DNA of 64,000 nt from Eledone cirrhosa. Lineage: Eukaryota. Under the pieces are notes generated by a model. The model had not been told where the DNA came from, made no database searches, and was given only the letters and a program-made list of their open reading frames with translations. Location of the stretch: contig OZ024743.1 of assembly GCA_964016885.1 (NCBI GenBank), positions 154,690,001 to 154,754,000 of the forward strand, written 5' to 3'. A program made the position numbers and the translations under genes. Shown in pieces: positions 11,594 through 25,618 of the stretch (within the stretch, counting starts at the first letter, position 1; every line of letters begins with the position of its first letter).

Positions 11594-14500
11594 GGGTCTG
11601 ATCGGATGTCTTTTTGCTCGCTTTCGTAAGTCTATTTATTTATCGGTAAAAACTTATTTATTGAATTTTTGTTGTTGTGTAAGTGATATAAGCCCTTGGA
11701 CTTTGCCCTGTGAAGGGGAAAGTATAATATTTGGGCCTTTTGGCCAAATATTTGAAATTTTTTACATTATAAACAAATTATCGAAAAAAAATAAAACAGG
11801 TCTGAGCCACGCCCGCTAGAGATATGTCTGCTGTCGTGTGACAACAATGTAAAAGTTGAGAAGAGCTTTAAGGCGAATTTTACAGAAATTGATACAACAA
11901 ACACCACCGCAAACAACATGAACAAAGACAAACAATGGGAACAACACTGAGAACTCTAATTTTGAAATAATGACAAATGCAACAACAATATTAACACCAT
12001 TAACATGAAAACAAATAGCGACAACACATACAGCAACGATACCAAATGCACCGAGAACAACAACAACGGTGGCACCAAAGATATAGCGAACTGCAACAGT
12101 GACAACAGCAACAACACCAACAAGAACAACGACAACAACAATACCACCAACGACAGCAAGAAGAACACTTTCGCTGCGGCAGCAGCCAGAAGAGGCCATG
12201 CTTCAACATGGTCCTCTCAAACAAAGATGAAATGTTGGGCCAGGCCTGGAATCTCATCAAGCAAGAGCAAACCTGGGACAACTTAACTGTCCTAGTAGAA
12301 GCTATTCAAGCAGTGGAGCGCAGAACCGTGCATTACAGATGAATCTCAGCACAAACCAAAAGAGCAGCTTTAATTCCACAAGCAGATGTCGAAGTCGCGC
12401 TGAGGTGCATCAGGGATGACACCGAATACATAGCGAGGGACAGACAATAGCGCACCATTTCGGTGCTGTTTAAGTCTGAATCTCGCTATGAAACATGCTA
12501 TGACATCTTGCAAAAATAGCAAGGTCATCATGAACCCCTCCCACATGGGAAAAAGGACGGCCCGACACCGCATTCCACGAATCCCGCCAGGACTTGACAT
12601 GTGGCTTCTGGGATGTGTGATTGTGGAGGGGATGGATACCGTCCCAATAAAAGTGACAAGGATTGCCACAGAGAACTGGTCCGGGGTTGACCTAGAGATA
12701 CTTCTCCAGATCAGGCCGGATAATGTCAAGACATTCTCCGACCACATCCGTCTTCAGAATGGGACGGTAATTCACATTATGACCGAGGGAGAAGGGCCGC
12801 ATTGTTTTGTTTGTGGGGAAAAAACCCATTTGCGAGGCTTCTGCCCTCAACTGCTGAAATATGCAAGGGGTCTAGGGGCTCCACTGCTGCCGACGCCGGG
12901 GCTAGGACCACAACCAACACCAGCACCGGCAAAACCACCAGCAACAACACCAATAGAGAGACCACCACCAACATTGACCACTCAGTGGGGAAATGAGGTA
13001 AGTTGTCAAATCCACCCTCGCCCCCAAAATACACACATTAATAAAAAGATAAACACACACACAGACACAGACACACTTACAGACAAAGACCCCTCATCTA
13101 ACAGTAGTGAAGATGAGGGAAAACAAAAATCCCCAAAAATACAAAAAAGGAAAGACAAAAAGAATAAGAAAATTCAACAAGCAGAAAAACACCAACAATA
13201 AAAAATACAGACACCTCCCACGCAAAAATCTCTCCAACAACACCAACATCAACATCAACACCACCATCACCATCACCCTCCAAACGCAAACAACCTAAAC
13301 AGACGCAAGAACAAATACACACATAAACATCTGAAACCACAGACACTGCACTCACAACAAACACAGACACAACCGAAACAACACCATCAAAACCATCACT
13401 ACCCCAGCCACGCAAACAAATGAAATCACACCAACAAAACATACAAAATTTCGTGCACGTCAGTTGGGCCAACAAGGAACTGATGGCCTTCCTAGCTCGA
13501 AGTGGAGAAATACAAAAAGACGGGGAAATTTTTAAATCGAGCACATTTCGCATGCCGGAAGGTTTGTATCTGGTGCGAATGTCGCTCGATTTATACAAAG
13601 AGATACGAAATAGCTTTCATTGGGACTTTAAAAGTCTTGAAGTGGGTTTTATATAAGGGTTATATAAAACCCACTTCAAGACTTTTAAAGCGGTTCCCAA
13701 AGAAACCAAACCAACTATGGAGGTCGAACCACCCGCCTTTCACAAGAGCCCGGGAGGTAAGTAAACCTTTCCTCTCTCTCTTTTAGTCTGCCAACATGAC
13801 CGTATTAAGAGTAGGAAGTTTAAATGTTTACGGCCTGGAAACGTCCTGGAAGCAGGGTCACCTGCTCAATGACATCAGGTCTCTAGAAATGGATGTAATT
13901 GCCGTCAGCGAGACCAAGATTTCCGACACGCGTGCACCAGCCCCCCATTTTCGACGACTATCAGATCTTTGCATCTGTTAGTCGGCCGGGTATGGGAGGT
14001 GGGGTGGCAGTGCTGTTTAGAACAGGCCTGGATCTCGAGGTAATGTCGATCTTCCGGGAACCGGACGGTAAGTTGGTGGTCCTGGTCGTGAACAATAACA
14101 AAGGTGGTGCCTTTAGACTGTTGGCTGTCTAGGCCCCTACTGGGGCAGGACGGCCGGACTTCAGTCGCTACCTCGATGGCTTGCCGCAACTCTCGACGGA
14201 CGACGCTGAGCACTGCTAAAGGCCGATTACTTCAGTCGAGATTCGAGATACCCTTGTCGGCTGCATGAGGCGCAAGTCACCCGGTTTGGATGGTCTGCCC
14301 TACGAGCTTTACGTAGGGCAGACCATCCAATCTCCTCGAAGCGCTCTACTGCAATTGGCAGCAGAACCGGAGTATTCCCAGTTCTGTGAGCCGGGGCGTA
14401 GTGACGCGGATAAGGAAAGACAAGAACAAGGCGGGCAAATTAGAAAATTTCGGGGCCTATAACTCTGCTCAACACAGAGTTTAAGATTTTGGCCAAGGTG

Positions 14501-15503
14501 TTAGCGAAGAGGTTGGCGCTTGTCGTCGGGAATTTGGTTGGTTAGGCGCAACCTTGCGCAATCCCAACCAGTTCTGTACACGACAACCTCCACCTGATTC
14601 GATACATCATAGAGAGGGTAGGGTGTAAACCTGACTTCGGTTGGGCTATGATCAATTTATATCTATGGAAAGCATCCGATAGGGTCGACCATCGATATCT
14701 GGAGGCTGTCCCCTGGCTTCGGCCCCGTCTTCAGAAGAAGCTGGATCGCTGCAATGCACAGCGGCACCTGCTCGATGGTCAAAGTTAATGGCCACCTCTC
14801 GGAACCTTTTCAGATCTCCCGATCGGTTCGTCAAGGGTGCCCTCTCTCCTCCCTTCTCTACGCATTGGCTCTCGAGCCTTTACTGCGGAAGCTGGAGCTG
14901 TTGAAGGGCACCACGTTCGAACCGGGACGCGGAACGGATGTGTCGGCTAGTGCGGAGACCATCAGCGTGATGGTATCGGACACCTCAGAAATCGAGGTGG
15001 TCGGCAACTTATTGGAGGAATATGAAAGTTTGACGGGAGCAAAACTTAACACGGAAAAGTCGGTGGGCTTGACACTCGGCACCTTGAGAGACAAGTCCAT
15101 GCAGTCCAACAGCGTCGTTGGGCGCTGGATGGACGGACCGATAAATTTGCTCGGGATTTGGTTCAGGCCAGACGTCCAGATGAATAAGAATTGGGACGAT
15201 GTGACGGGCAAGGTAGCCAGTCTCACCCAGAAATGGGCTGCAGGGAAGCTATCACTGAAAGGTCGGGTGGAGGAGGCGAACGCGTACATCGCATCCGTCA
15301 TCTACTACCGTCTGACTGTCGTCCCTTGCCTCCGTTCGCGTCTCGCCATATTGGAGCCGCTCCTCTTCAAATTCTTGTGGAGGGGTCAGATTCCTTTGGT
15401 GAGGCGGTCCATCTGCTGCCAGCCCGCTCTACGTGGAGGGCTGCCCATGCCGTGGTTAATGATGCGCAGACAGGCGCTGAAGCTGTGGCATCTCCAGATA
15501 TTC
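11594..15503 (+). mobile_element. L1/Tx1-type LINE copy B (3'-truncated)
   Basis: ORF1 with CCHC knuckle CFVCGEKTHLRGFC. ORF2 from ATG 13796 with APE (GSLNVYGL, AVSETK) and RT (KSPGLDGLPYE, SVRQGCPLS). Frameshifts and deletions throughout. Confidence 0.9.
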
Positions 15504-18320
15504 ATCTCCACCTCAGTAACCGAAACGGAAACAAATAAAAAACCACACCAACAAACAGTAAAAAGTCTGTGCTTGTCAGAAGGGCCAGCGAGAAAATGAT
15601 GGCCGTCTTATCATGAAGAGAGGACATTCAGAGTAGGAGATCTTTGAATTTAGCACATTTTGCGTGCCAAAATATGTGTTTCTGGTGCGAATTTCGCTCG
15701 ACTCATACAAAGAAATTCTAGAAAGCTTTCCTCAGGACGTTGGAACCAAGAACGTGAAACCCACATCGAGACTTTTAAATGGGTTCCCAAAAGATACCCC
15801 ACCTACCATGGAGGTCGAACCAACCGATCTTCACAAGACCCCGGGAGGTAAGTAAAACTTCCCTCTCTTTTTAGCTTGGCAACATGGCCATATTAAGAGT
15901 AGGATGATTAAATGTTCGTGGCTTGGGGCCGTCTTGGAAGCAGGGTCACCTGCTCAACGACCACGGGTGTCTGGAAATGGATGTGAGTGCCGTCAGCAAG
16001 ACCAGCATTTCCGACTCACGAGCACTAGCCCTCATTTTCGACGACTATCAGTTGTTCGCATCTGTTAGCAGGCCGTGAATAGGAGGAGGGGTAGCAGTAC
16101 TGTTTAGGAAAGGCTTGGATCTCGAGGTTAGATTGATATTCCGGGACTCGGACTGTAAGTTGGTGGTCCTGGATGTGAGCAATAGCGAAGGTGGTGTCTT
16201 TAGACTGTCCTGGCCGTATACGCCCCTACCAGGGTCGGACGACAAGACATCTTTAGGCGACTGGAAACATTTTTGGGTACATCTCGCCCTTTTCCTGTTA
16301 GCGGGGGGCTGGATCGGCATCTTAGACGCACGCTGGGATTGTGTGGGCGCAGCTTATAGGAGCGGGGGTGCAAAAGCCTCAAGCACCTATCAGCCAGTTA
16401 CAACTATCTGACAGGTACCGACTAGATTTCCCCAATGCGCCAGTGTGGACGTGGACCAACCGCATAGGGTCATCTAGATCGTATATAGACAGGATCCTTA
16501 TTAAGAAAATAGACAGAAATAGTGTAGGCTGCCCACTTCTTAAATCAGTCGTCTATTTAGATCTCAAATTTCGACCTAGATAAAACGCGTAGGTTAGGAC
16601 CTGGTTACTGGAAGCTGAACATGTCATTTCCGGACGTAAGACTTACAGGGCCGGATCAACAATTTAATCAAGCAACAGTTAACAGGCGGGATCGTCAACA
16701 ACATATGGTGTTGGAAGGGAGGGGGGGGTCTCTCAAAAGAGATATTAGAGTAACTTCGATAGGGTTTTACAAAGAAGTAGCTTTAGAGAAAAATAGAAAG
16801 GAGTGGGAGAATATTTGCTCGGTTCTTCGGATTGAGTGGTGGGTTAGAGGCAGTGGCGGACTTCAGTTCTTACCTTGACAGCTTGCCGTGGATCTCGACG
16901 GTCGAGGATGAGCCCTGAGAAAGGCCGATTACTTCAGCCTAAATTCAGGACGCCCTTGTCGGTTGCACGAGGCGCATGTCACCCGGTTTGCATGGCCTTC
17001 TCTACGGGTTTTACGTAAATATACCAGACGAATGCATACTTCGCGTCCATTCGTCGTGCCCTGCCACCGTCCGCGCCTAACCAAGTTGGAACGGCTGCTC
17101 TTAAAATTCTTATGGAGAGGACAAGTCCTGTTAGTGAGGCGGTCCATCTGCTGCCAGCACCTTCTACTCGGAGGATTTGTCATGCCATGGCTAATGATGC
17201 GCAGATATGCGCTGAGGCTACGGCATCTCTGATCTTCTGCCTAAACGGTGAGCAGGTGTGGTCGCCGTTTATCAGTCGGGCTTTTTGCAAGACGTGTCTT
17301 TGACTGAGCTACAGTCCTGGGTCAAGAAGAGACCAAGACTGGGTGACTGCCACCTGTAATGTTGCCAGGCACTCACTGCCTTCAACCAAGCGGGCAATGC
17401 GATCAGTGGTTCTTCCACTCTCCAGTTATCTAAAGGATTAGTGGTGGGAAAGTGCGATTACGCACTCGGAGCGGCTTTGGGCTTCGACAAAGTTGAACTG
17501 ACCTGACCTTTCCGGAAGACCTTCGAGCCGCGGACGAAAGATAACTTCTAGAAATCCCTGGCTTGGCAGTGCGACTGGGGGGCACTGCCGGTTCGAGATA
17601 AACTCTACAGGCACGGAAGTGATGTCAGATGGACATGCCCGAGGTGCGCACTGAGCGACGAAACCGTTCTGCACGCACTTGTCCAAAGTCCGTGCATTAA
17701 TGACTTGTGGAATTATCTCGAGCAGCTGTGTCGCGTGTAGAACAGATCCGGCTATCGGCCGAGTCTATAGTGAAGATCGACCCCCCGCCATCATTTTGCC
17801 ATGAAGAGCAGGCAATTTTTCTCAATCCGGTGGCCGTTGCGAAAGAGGTTGTATGGTGGACCAGATTGAAAGGACTGAAGACATACATTTTTCTCTTCGG
17901 CCAATCCCTCATCAACTTCTTCAAGGTTCACCTGGAAAGGAAGGTGAGGGTGGAGACAGAAGTTCTGTCCCCCAGTACATTTGCTAAAAGGTGGATGAAT
18001 GTAGCGAGAATGGTCCGTGTGAGTGGGCCTACTGTAACCATGCGCCTATAGGCTGTCTAATTTGATGAGAAGAGGTGCGTTCTCCCCGTATGCCCTAGAA
18101 GCGCAGGGTGGTTAAGGATTGGTGGGGTAACTGAGTCATCTCTGTGTCGTACACCCTCTATTGTGGAATCTATTTTGTTATATTTATACATAGTTTATTT
18201 TATATATTTTTTATATATTCATTGTTAAATTAGTCTTCCGATTGTGCACTTTTACTCGAGCTTATTGTAAACCCCCACTTTCCCTGTTTTTGTATTATCC
18301 TTTTGGCCAATAAATGAAAC
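15504..18320 (+). mobile_element. L1/Tx1-type LINE copy C (5'-truncated, deleted)
   Basis: ORF1 C-terminus homologous to 13440-13764, ORF2 ATG at 15884, APE motifs (WTWTNRIGSSRSYIDR, GPGYWKLN), zf-RVT region, AATAAATGAAA end. Confidence 0.88.
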
Positions 18321-18322
18321 TA

Positions 18323-18490
18323 TGGCAGTATCAGTAGAGGGATGGACGCCGTGATTTGCAGCAAAAATTACGGCCCCTTAAATCCCGCCGAGGTTAACTT
18401 TGCCTTTCATCCTTACGGAATCAATAAAATAAAGTACCAGTAATACATTAGGATAATTGCTGGCCTTGTGCCAAAAGTAGAAATAATAAT
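18323..18490 (+). mobile_element. tRNA-derived SINE
   Basis: Same head, core and tail as 1127-1309, with a small deletion in the B box. Confidence 0.88.
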
Positions 18491-18498
18491 TATTATTA

Positions 18499-19436
18499 CT
18501 AGCAGTGGTACCCGGTGTTGCACGGGATAAGGTATTTTGGAACGCGGGCCGCCAACAGACCTAGACGTGGAAAAACTGCATGCCTAGACAATATGTAAAG
18601 AAAATAAACCGAATACCCTGATGGCTGGATAATCTTTAAGATTTTCCTCGATGAAGCACGACAAATGCAGGTTTTCTCCTAATGTGGGCCTTGGGGATCA
18701 ACAAATGAATTATTTTGTATGTGCATAATATGCTTTGAAATTTCGGGAAAATCGGCTAGAGGTAACGCTTCCAAAAAGCTCTAAAAAGCTGAAAAAATGA
18801 AGTTTTTCACCTAATGCGGGTCCTAGGCCATAGAAATTTCGATTTTTGTTGCTCACAGTATGAAAAAGAGACTGACTAATACATAGTTACAATTTCAAGG
18901 AAATCGCTCTGAGGTAACGCCTCAAAAAACCCCTAAAAATCTTAAAATAACACCTGTTTTTCACCTAATGCAGACCCTAGAAGACAACATGTTGATTTGT
19001 TTTTTCTGTACATATCACTCCGTTAAACATAAGTAATACACATGAAAAGTTTGAAAAAATCGGTTGGGTACTTCTCGAATTTTAGGGATTCAAACTCACA
19101 CACACCCACACACACGCACACATACACACACACACACAGATATCCTCAGGGAAGTGAGGTAATGCAGACAGCTAGGCATACAGACATATATTTTAAGGGC
19201 GCGACGTTATATTTATGTATCATTCTAAAAAGGAAGACTATGAATTATAGAGGGAGATCGCTAAATCGCCTAGTGCGGTCCCTAGGGCATTACAAATTTG
19301 AATTTTTTTGCTCAGAATACTCCGTAAAACATAAGTATTACGTGTGTAAAGTTTGAAAACAGTCGGTTGCGTGGTTCTCGATTTTTGGGGATTCAAACTC
19401 ACACACACACAGACACCCTCAGTTTTATATATATAA
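18499..19436 (-). mobile_element. Non-autonomous Helitron
   Basis: Minus-strand 3' hairpin CCCGTGCAACACCGGG plus CTAG|T at 18499, TATATATAAAA-type 5' end followed by (TG)n, and internal CCTAATGCGG repeats. Confidence 0.75.
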
Positions 19437-19448
19437 ATTATTATTATT

Positions 19449-22400
19449 GGTCTTTTCGGACGTCTTTTTGCTCGCTCCCTGTAAGTCGCGTTATTGACCT
19501 GTTATAATTATTTGTTGTTTATTTTTTCTTGTTTTATAAGGGAAATAAGCCCTTTGCCTTTTCCCTGTGAAGGGGAATGTGTAATATTTGGGCCTTCTGA
19601 ACCGAATATTTGAACAAAAGTTGAACATTTTAATTTAAAAGAAAAAAAAATACATGGCTGAGGCAATATGTCTGCTCTCGTGTGACAACGGAGTAAACGT
19701 TGAGAGGAGCGTTACAAAAATTAATACAACAAACACTACCACAAACAACGTGAACAAAGACAACAACACTGAAAACATTATTTTTTAAAAAATTATCACA
19801 CCAACTCCAACAATAACAGTTACAACCAAAATACAGACAGCAGAAAAAAATGCCAACACTGAAAATATACGTAATAGCAATGGCAATTATTTAGATTTGT
19901 CACATACAAACATGGATTTCCCGCCGTTACAAACTTCTACACGTGTTAAAGCCGCAATGCCCACCCCTAGAATCTCGAAAAAACATCCAACACCACTGAC
20001 ACCATCACGACCACAGCAACAGCTGAAACAAGAAATAACTTATTTTCTCTTCATATCGAAATGGATTCTCAGAAAATTGACTCTTCCACGCCGAACGCCA
20101 CTGACACCACCACCACCACGACCACCACAACTGAAACTAAAAATAATAACAACAAAAATAACAATAACATTATCAGCAACAACGGCAAAAATAAGAATAA
20201 CAACAACATCAACACCAGCGCAAAACCAAGTGAGTCGTTTGCTAAAGTGGCAAACAAAAATGAAACGGTGGAGGTAAGCCGGGAAAAATTGAATGAAGCG
20301 AATGCTAAAAAAATATGGTTACAAGGTCAGCATCACCCCCCTACGCCCATCTAATGCCATGGAGCATCGGCGCCTATTCACCGTGTCATAGCGGACGATA
20401 AATATCAAAGCGCGCCGAGTGGACCGGGCATCCGAGTCCCAGATACAAAAAGCTTTGGGACATGTGTGGGCTCAAAAAACCCACATCGGACGTGGGCAAA
20501 CATGTGGAAACGAGGACGTGTCCTTTGGAACCCCACAGGAAGCGAGAGAGCACTCCAGGGCCCCATTTAAAAGTGACGAGTTCACACTCGTCCCAAGCTA
20601 TTGTGGTCAAAGAAGGGTGAGGATCAGGGTGACCCATGTTCCACCGGCCATTGACATTCCCTGGCTAATGGCTGCCGTCCTAGCCACCATCGAGGCGGAC
20701 ACTAAAGTAATTGAGGTGATAAAAGTAAAGCGGGTGAACCGGTTCGGATCTGGGATGGAACTCCCGATTCAAGCGGACCAAAGACACACACAGGAAATTC
20801 CAGAGGTGATAGACCTCAATGACGGCAGCCACCTCACTTTAATCGTTGGAGGTAGACGGCCTAGTTGTTTCGCTTGTGGCGAAGGAGCCTACCTAAAAGC
20901 TTTCTGCCCTTAGGCTAAAAGGTTGAGGACACCTCTAAAACCCACCCCAGCAACACAACCATGAAAACCAGCAGCCGAAATGACAGCAACAACAGAAGTA
21001 ACTGTAGCAGCAACAGTAGCAAAACTAATACCACCACCACCCACCGCGCCAGAATTAGAACCAGCCCCTCCATAATCTACCATGCCACAACCAAAACCAA
21101 CGCCTGTGGAGGATTTTCCACTTCCCGGCATATCGCAACTGGAGACAGGTTGTGACGACCAGGAGGAGTGGGAAATGGTATCAGAAAAAAGAAAAAAATG
21201 AAAACGCGTGGTCTTGGGGTGTCATGGAAGCAGGACCACCTGCTCAACGACCTCAGGTCACTAAACATAGATGTAGTGGCCATCTGCGAGACCAGAATAT
21301 CCGAAGCACGAGCCTTCGCACCGATCTTTGGCGGGTACGATGTATGCGCATCTCCCAGCCGTCTAGGATCAATTGGAGGAGTTGCGTGCTTTTTCGTAAA
21401 GGCTTGGATCTCGCCATACGGGCCATCATCCTTTACCCAGAAGGTAAGTTGGTGGTGCTGTACGTGACCAGCGGACGGGAAAGCTTTCAGGCTAGTGGCC
21501 GTCTATGCCCCGACAGGAGCAGGGCGGCCTGCTTTCTTCCAGCGTCAGGAGACCTTTCTTATAACTCCCGCTCTTTAATGTTAGTGGGATTCTGGAACGG
21601 GATCTTAGATGCACGCTGAGACTGCGTGGGATTAGCGAATAGGTGAGGAGAGTGTGAATTCTTCGCAAACCTGCTCAGACGGTTTCAACTGTATGATAGG
21701 TACCGTCTGGATTTCAAGTATATACCAAGGTGGATATGGACAAACCGCATCGGGTCATCCAGATCATATCAAGACAGGGTATTTTGCAGGGAAATAAATA
21801 GGTCTAGCATAGGCTGTCCACAATTCAAAATAGTCGAATACACGGACCACAAATTCGTGATCTGTGAGGTTGACTTAGATAGCCTTCATGGACAAGGACC
21901 CGGCTACTGGATGCTAAACGCGTCGTTAATAGCGCGCAAGCCCTACAGTGGTGGGCCGGATCGCGGGATAGACTTTAGTGCCTACCTCGACGGACTGCCG
22001 CCGCTCTCGGCCACTGAGACTGAGTGTTGCGAAAAGCCGATGACAGCCGCTGAAGTATGGGAGGCAATGATTGGCTGCACAAGGGGTAAATCGCCTGGTA
22101 TGGATGTTCTGCCCTACGAACTTTACGTACACATGCCAAACTTTTTCGGAGAGTCTTGGCGGACGTCTACTGCGAATGGCAACAGAAAGGGAGACTTTCC
22201 AGCTCTGTGAGCCCAGGAGTGGTGGCGCGGCTTGGAAAGTATCCGAACAAGGGAGATAACATAGATAATTTCAGGCCCATAACTATGCTAAACACAGAGT
22301 TCAGGATTTTGGCCAAGGTGCTAGAAAAGAGGTTGGCGCGTGTCGTTGGTGTTTGGGTGGGAGAGGCGCAGAATTGTGCCATCCCAGACAGATCCATCCA

Positions 22401-24368
22401 GGTTAACCTCCACCTTATGCGATACATCATGGAGAGGGTATCTAGGGAACCTGGCACGGGTGGGACCTCGATCAATTTAGATCAGTCGAAAGCTTTCGAC
22501 TGGAGGCAATCCTGAAGGCGGCTTGCCTTGAGCCCGTCTTCAGAAGCTGGATCGCTGCCATGCACAGCGACATCTGCTCTGTGGTGAGAGTGAACGTTCA
22601 CCTTTCGGATCCGTTTAACATCATGCGCTCGGTCCGTGAAGGATGTCCCCTCTCGTCCCTGTTGTTGGTATTGACTCTCGACCCATTACTGCACAAACTG
22701 TAGACGTTAAGGAGGATCACGCGCGAACTAGGATGCGGAATATCCGTGTCAGCATATGCGGACGATGTCACCGTAGTGTTGTCGAACGCCAAACAGGCGA
22801 TCGGCACTACACTAAGAGAATACGAAGCGGTGACAGGAGCAATGATCAACCAGGAAAAGTCGGTGGCCCTGTAGCTCCGCACCTGGAGAGGCAGGTCCAT
22901 GCCGTCCAACAGTGTTGTCGGTCGTTGGACGGATGGACCGGTGAAATTGCTAGGGGTCTGGTTTGGCACAGACATCCAGACAGACAAAAGCTGGGACGTG
23001 GTGACGAGCAGGGTGGCTTCTCTCACTCAGAAATGGGCAGAGAGGAAGCTATTCCTGAAAGATCGAGTGGAGATGGCCAATGTGTACATCGCGTCCGTCA
23101 TCTACTACCGTCTGACCGTCGTGCCTGGTCCTAAGTCTCGCTTGACTGCGCTGGAACGTTTACTCCTTTGATTTTTGAGGAAAGGACGCGCTCCGATGGT
23201 CTGACGGTCCATCTGCTGTCAACAACCTCTACGTGGAAGGCTGGACATGCCGTGACTCATGATGAGCAGACACGTGCTCAAGCTACGACATCTCTACATC
23301 TACCTCGACTGTGATCAGGTGTGTGCGACGTTGCTAGACTCGTGTTTCCCCAGCTCGTCTCCTTGAAGGAGCTGCAGTCTTAGTCAAGCGAAGACCAAGA
23401 GGGAGCGCTTGGAGGTTGGAATGTCTTCAGGCGCTGGCAGCCCTGGACCAGTCGGGCAATGTGATCGGTGGAAACTCCACCTCGGCATTCACTAGAGGAT
23501 TAGTGGAGGGGAAGAGCGACGACGTACTTCGGGAGACTCTGGGCGTCGACGAAAATCAATTAGCCAATCTGTTCGGGAGAACTTTCGGGCCGGGGCCTAT
23601 GGACAACTGCCAGATATCCCTGGCATGGCAGTGCTACCGAGGAGCTTTGCCAGTTCGGTATAAATTCTACACGCATGGAAGTACCTTCAGCCGGGCATGC
23701 CTGATATGCGCGTAGGGCGACGAAACCGTCCTGAACGCAGTCGTCCAGTGTCCGATCATTGATCACTTGTGGGTTTATGTCGAACACCTTCTTTCGCGTG
23801 TAGGACGGCTCCGGCTATCAACTGAGTCCATCGTGAGTATTGCCCCGCCCTCTTCCTTTAGGCGGGAAGGGCAGGAAGTTCTTAACTGTCAGGTGGCCAT
23901 GGCGAAAGGGACAGTGTTGTGGGCGCGTTTGAAAGGGCTGGAGATGAACACTTACCTCCTCGTTGATGCCCTGATTAACATTTTCAAATTTCATTTGAAA
24001 AGGAAAATCAGGGTACAGAGGGAAGTGCTCTCTTCCCAGCATTTTGTTGAAAGATGGGTGAGAGAAGCAAGCATGGTCCGAGTTAATGGGCTTACTCTGA
24101 GTATGCGCCTGTAAATTGAAGGAGAAAAACTGGGAGATGGCACTTGTCCTGGTGGTCAGGGTCACCGTGGCTTTTTTAATGGCCTTTCTCCACGATGGTG
24201 CTCGGAAGTCTCCCTCCTATTGGTGAATTTATCATTGTTTCTTTTTTGTTACATCCTCTGTTTGTGTTTTGTTTAAGCTCAGAAATGCCTATTTGTACCG
24301 TCCTATATTCTCCTTTATTGTCCTTAATGTCTTACATTGTGTAAATCCTTGTGGTTAATAAAGAAATC
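19449..24368 (+). mobile_element. L1/Tx1-type LINE copy D (both ends present, decayed)
   Basis: Shared 5' UTR, ORF1 knuckle remnant CFACGEGAYLKAFC, APE, RT (NFRPITMLNTEFRILAKVL, DQSKAFD, AYADD), zf-RVT, AATAAAGAAATC followed by ATTATT. Confidence 0.9.
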
Positions 24369-24374
24369 ATTATT

Positions 24375-24565
24375 TGGCAGTATTGGTAGAGGGTCGGACG
24401 CCATGCTTTGACGCATAGAGTTACTGCACTTGCTATTCTGAGTTCATATCCCGCCGTGGTTAACTTTGCCTTTCATCCTTACGAGGTCGATAAAATAAAG
24501 TACCAGTAATACACTGAGTAATTGCTGGCCTTGTGCCTAACGTAGAAACAATTATTATTATTATT
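24375..24565 (+). mobile_element. tRNA-derived SINE, full length
   Basis: TGGCAGTATTGGTAG A-box-like, GAGTTCATATCCC B-box-like, core, (ATT)n tail. Confidence 0.9.
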
Positions 24566-25618
24566 CTTTGAATATCAGTCATTGATGTTATTTAACTGGA
24601 AAGTTTGTTTAAATATATATCCAGCCGCTACCTGCAGCGTCAGATATTCAGAACGTATCGGAGGGTTATTGCTGTTCCCAGCAATGATGCTTTTTGAAGT
24701 GTTCCAAAAACACGGGTTGGACTAATCTTCTTTAACCATCCTTGGAAACTCATTGACATAGTAATTATTGCTCCTATAACAATCGGAACGTCCTTGATCT
24801 AATGGAAGTTCAAAATCCTTTTTAACTCTTTCTTCAAATCCTGGTGTCGGTTAATTTTCTCCCTGTCCTTTTCTTGCACGTACGTGTCAAATGGGCAGGC
24901 TACAACTACAATGATGAGGCACGATCTTTTTACCTTGTACAAAACCACCACGTCAGGCCTATTGTGTTCTAATTTCTTGTCTGTCTTTATCCTAAAATCC
25001 CATAGCACTTTCACTTGATCGTTTTCCTTCAACGACTCTGGCTTATGTTCAATTTACCACTTCTCAGAATGTGGTAAATTGTTTACTTTGCATAGATGCC
25101 AGTGAATCAAATTTCCAATCACATCATGTCTCCAGCCTTTCTAGTGAGTCTGGACTAGGTGTTTACACTGGGATACAATGAGCCACAGTCACCTCACTCA
25201 CTCTCCACAAATCCGACACAGTGAGCTAGCCTCTTCCTTGTAAATATGGTATTTCACCCACTTCGTTCTGAGGGCTTGCTCTTGCGCAGCCAATAGCGTT
25301 CCCTCTGTAGGTTTTTTAAGGTCTCCTCTTTTTAACCAGTTCCATATATGTGCTTCTCTGAATTCCTTGTTCTTAAAGAAGATGCTATGAAAGGATTTTT
25401 TATGAACCTTGCTCTTCCTCCTTGTTGTTATTTCTTCCTTTGACATCCCCCGGTCTATTGTCTTCCAGTAGAATGTTCAGCATTAACTCCCTACTGTCAG
25501 GCCCAAATTCATGCAGTCTGTTTTTCTCCATCTGAACACAGTTCTCTATGCTGGTAGACCTATTCCACCTTCAGATCTCTTTAAGTAGAATATATCAACA
25601 TCACTCCTCTTGTGTAAC
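24566..25618 (-). mobile_element. R4/Dong-like RLE LINE, 3' fragment
   Basis: EGTLLAAQEQALRT, zinc knuckle start CRICGE, RHD, restriction-like nuclease VLWDFRIKTDKKLEHNRPDVVV..ACPFD. Confidence 0.88.

Noticed and set aside
13757-13786. Mini-intron fusing Tx1 ORF1 to ORF2
   Set aside because: 30 nt (27 in copy C) is too short and the spliced product is out of frame with the ORF2 ATG.
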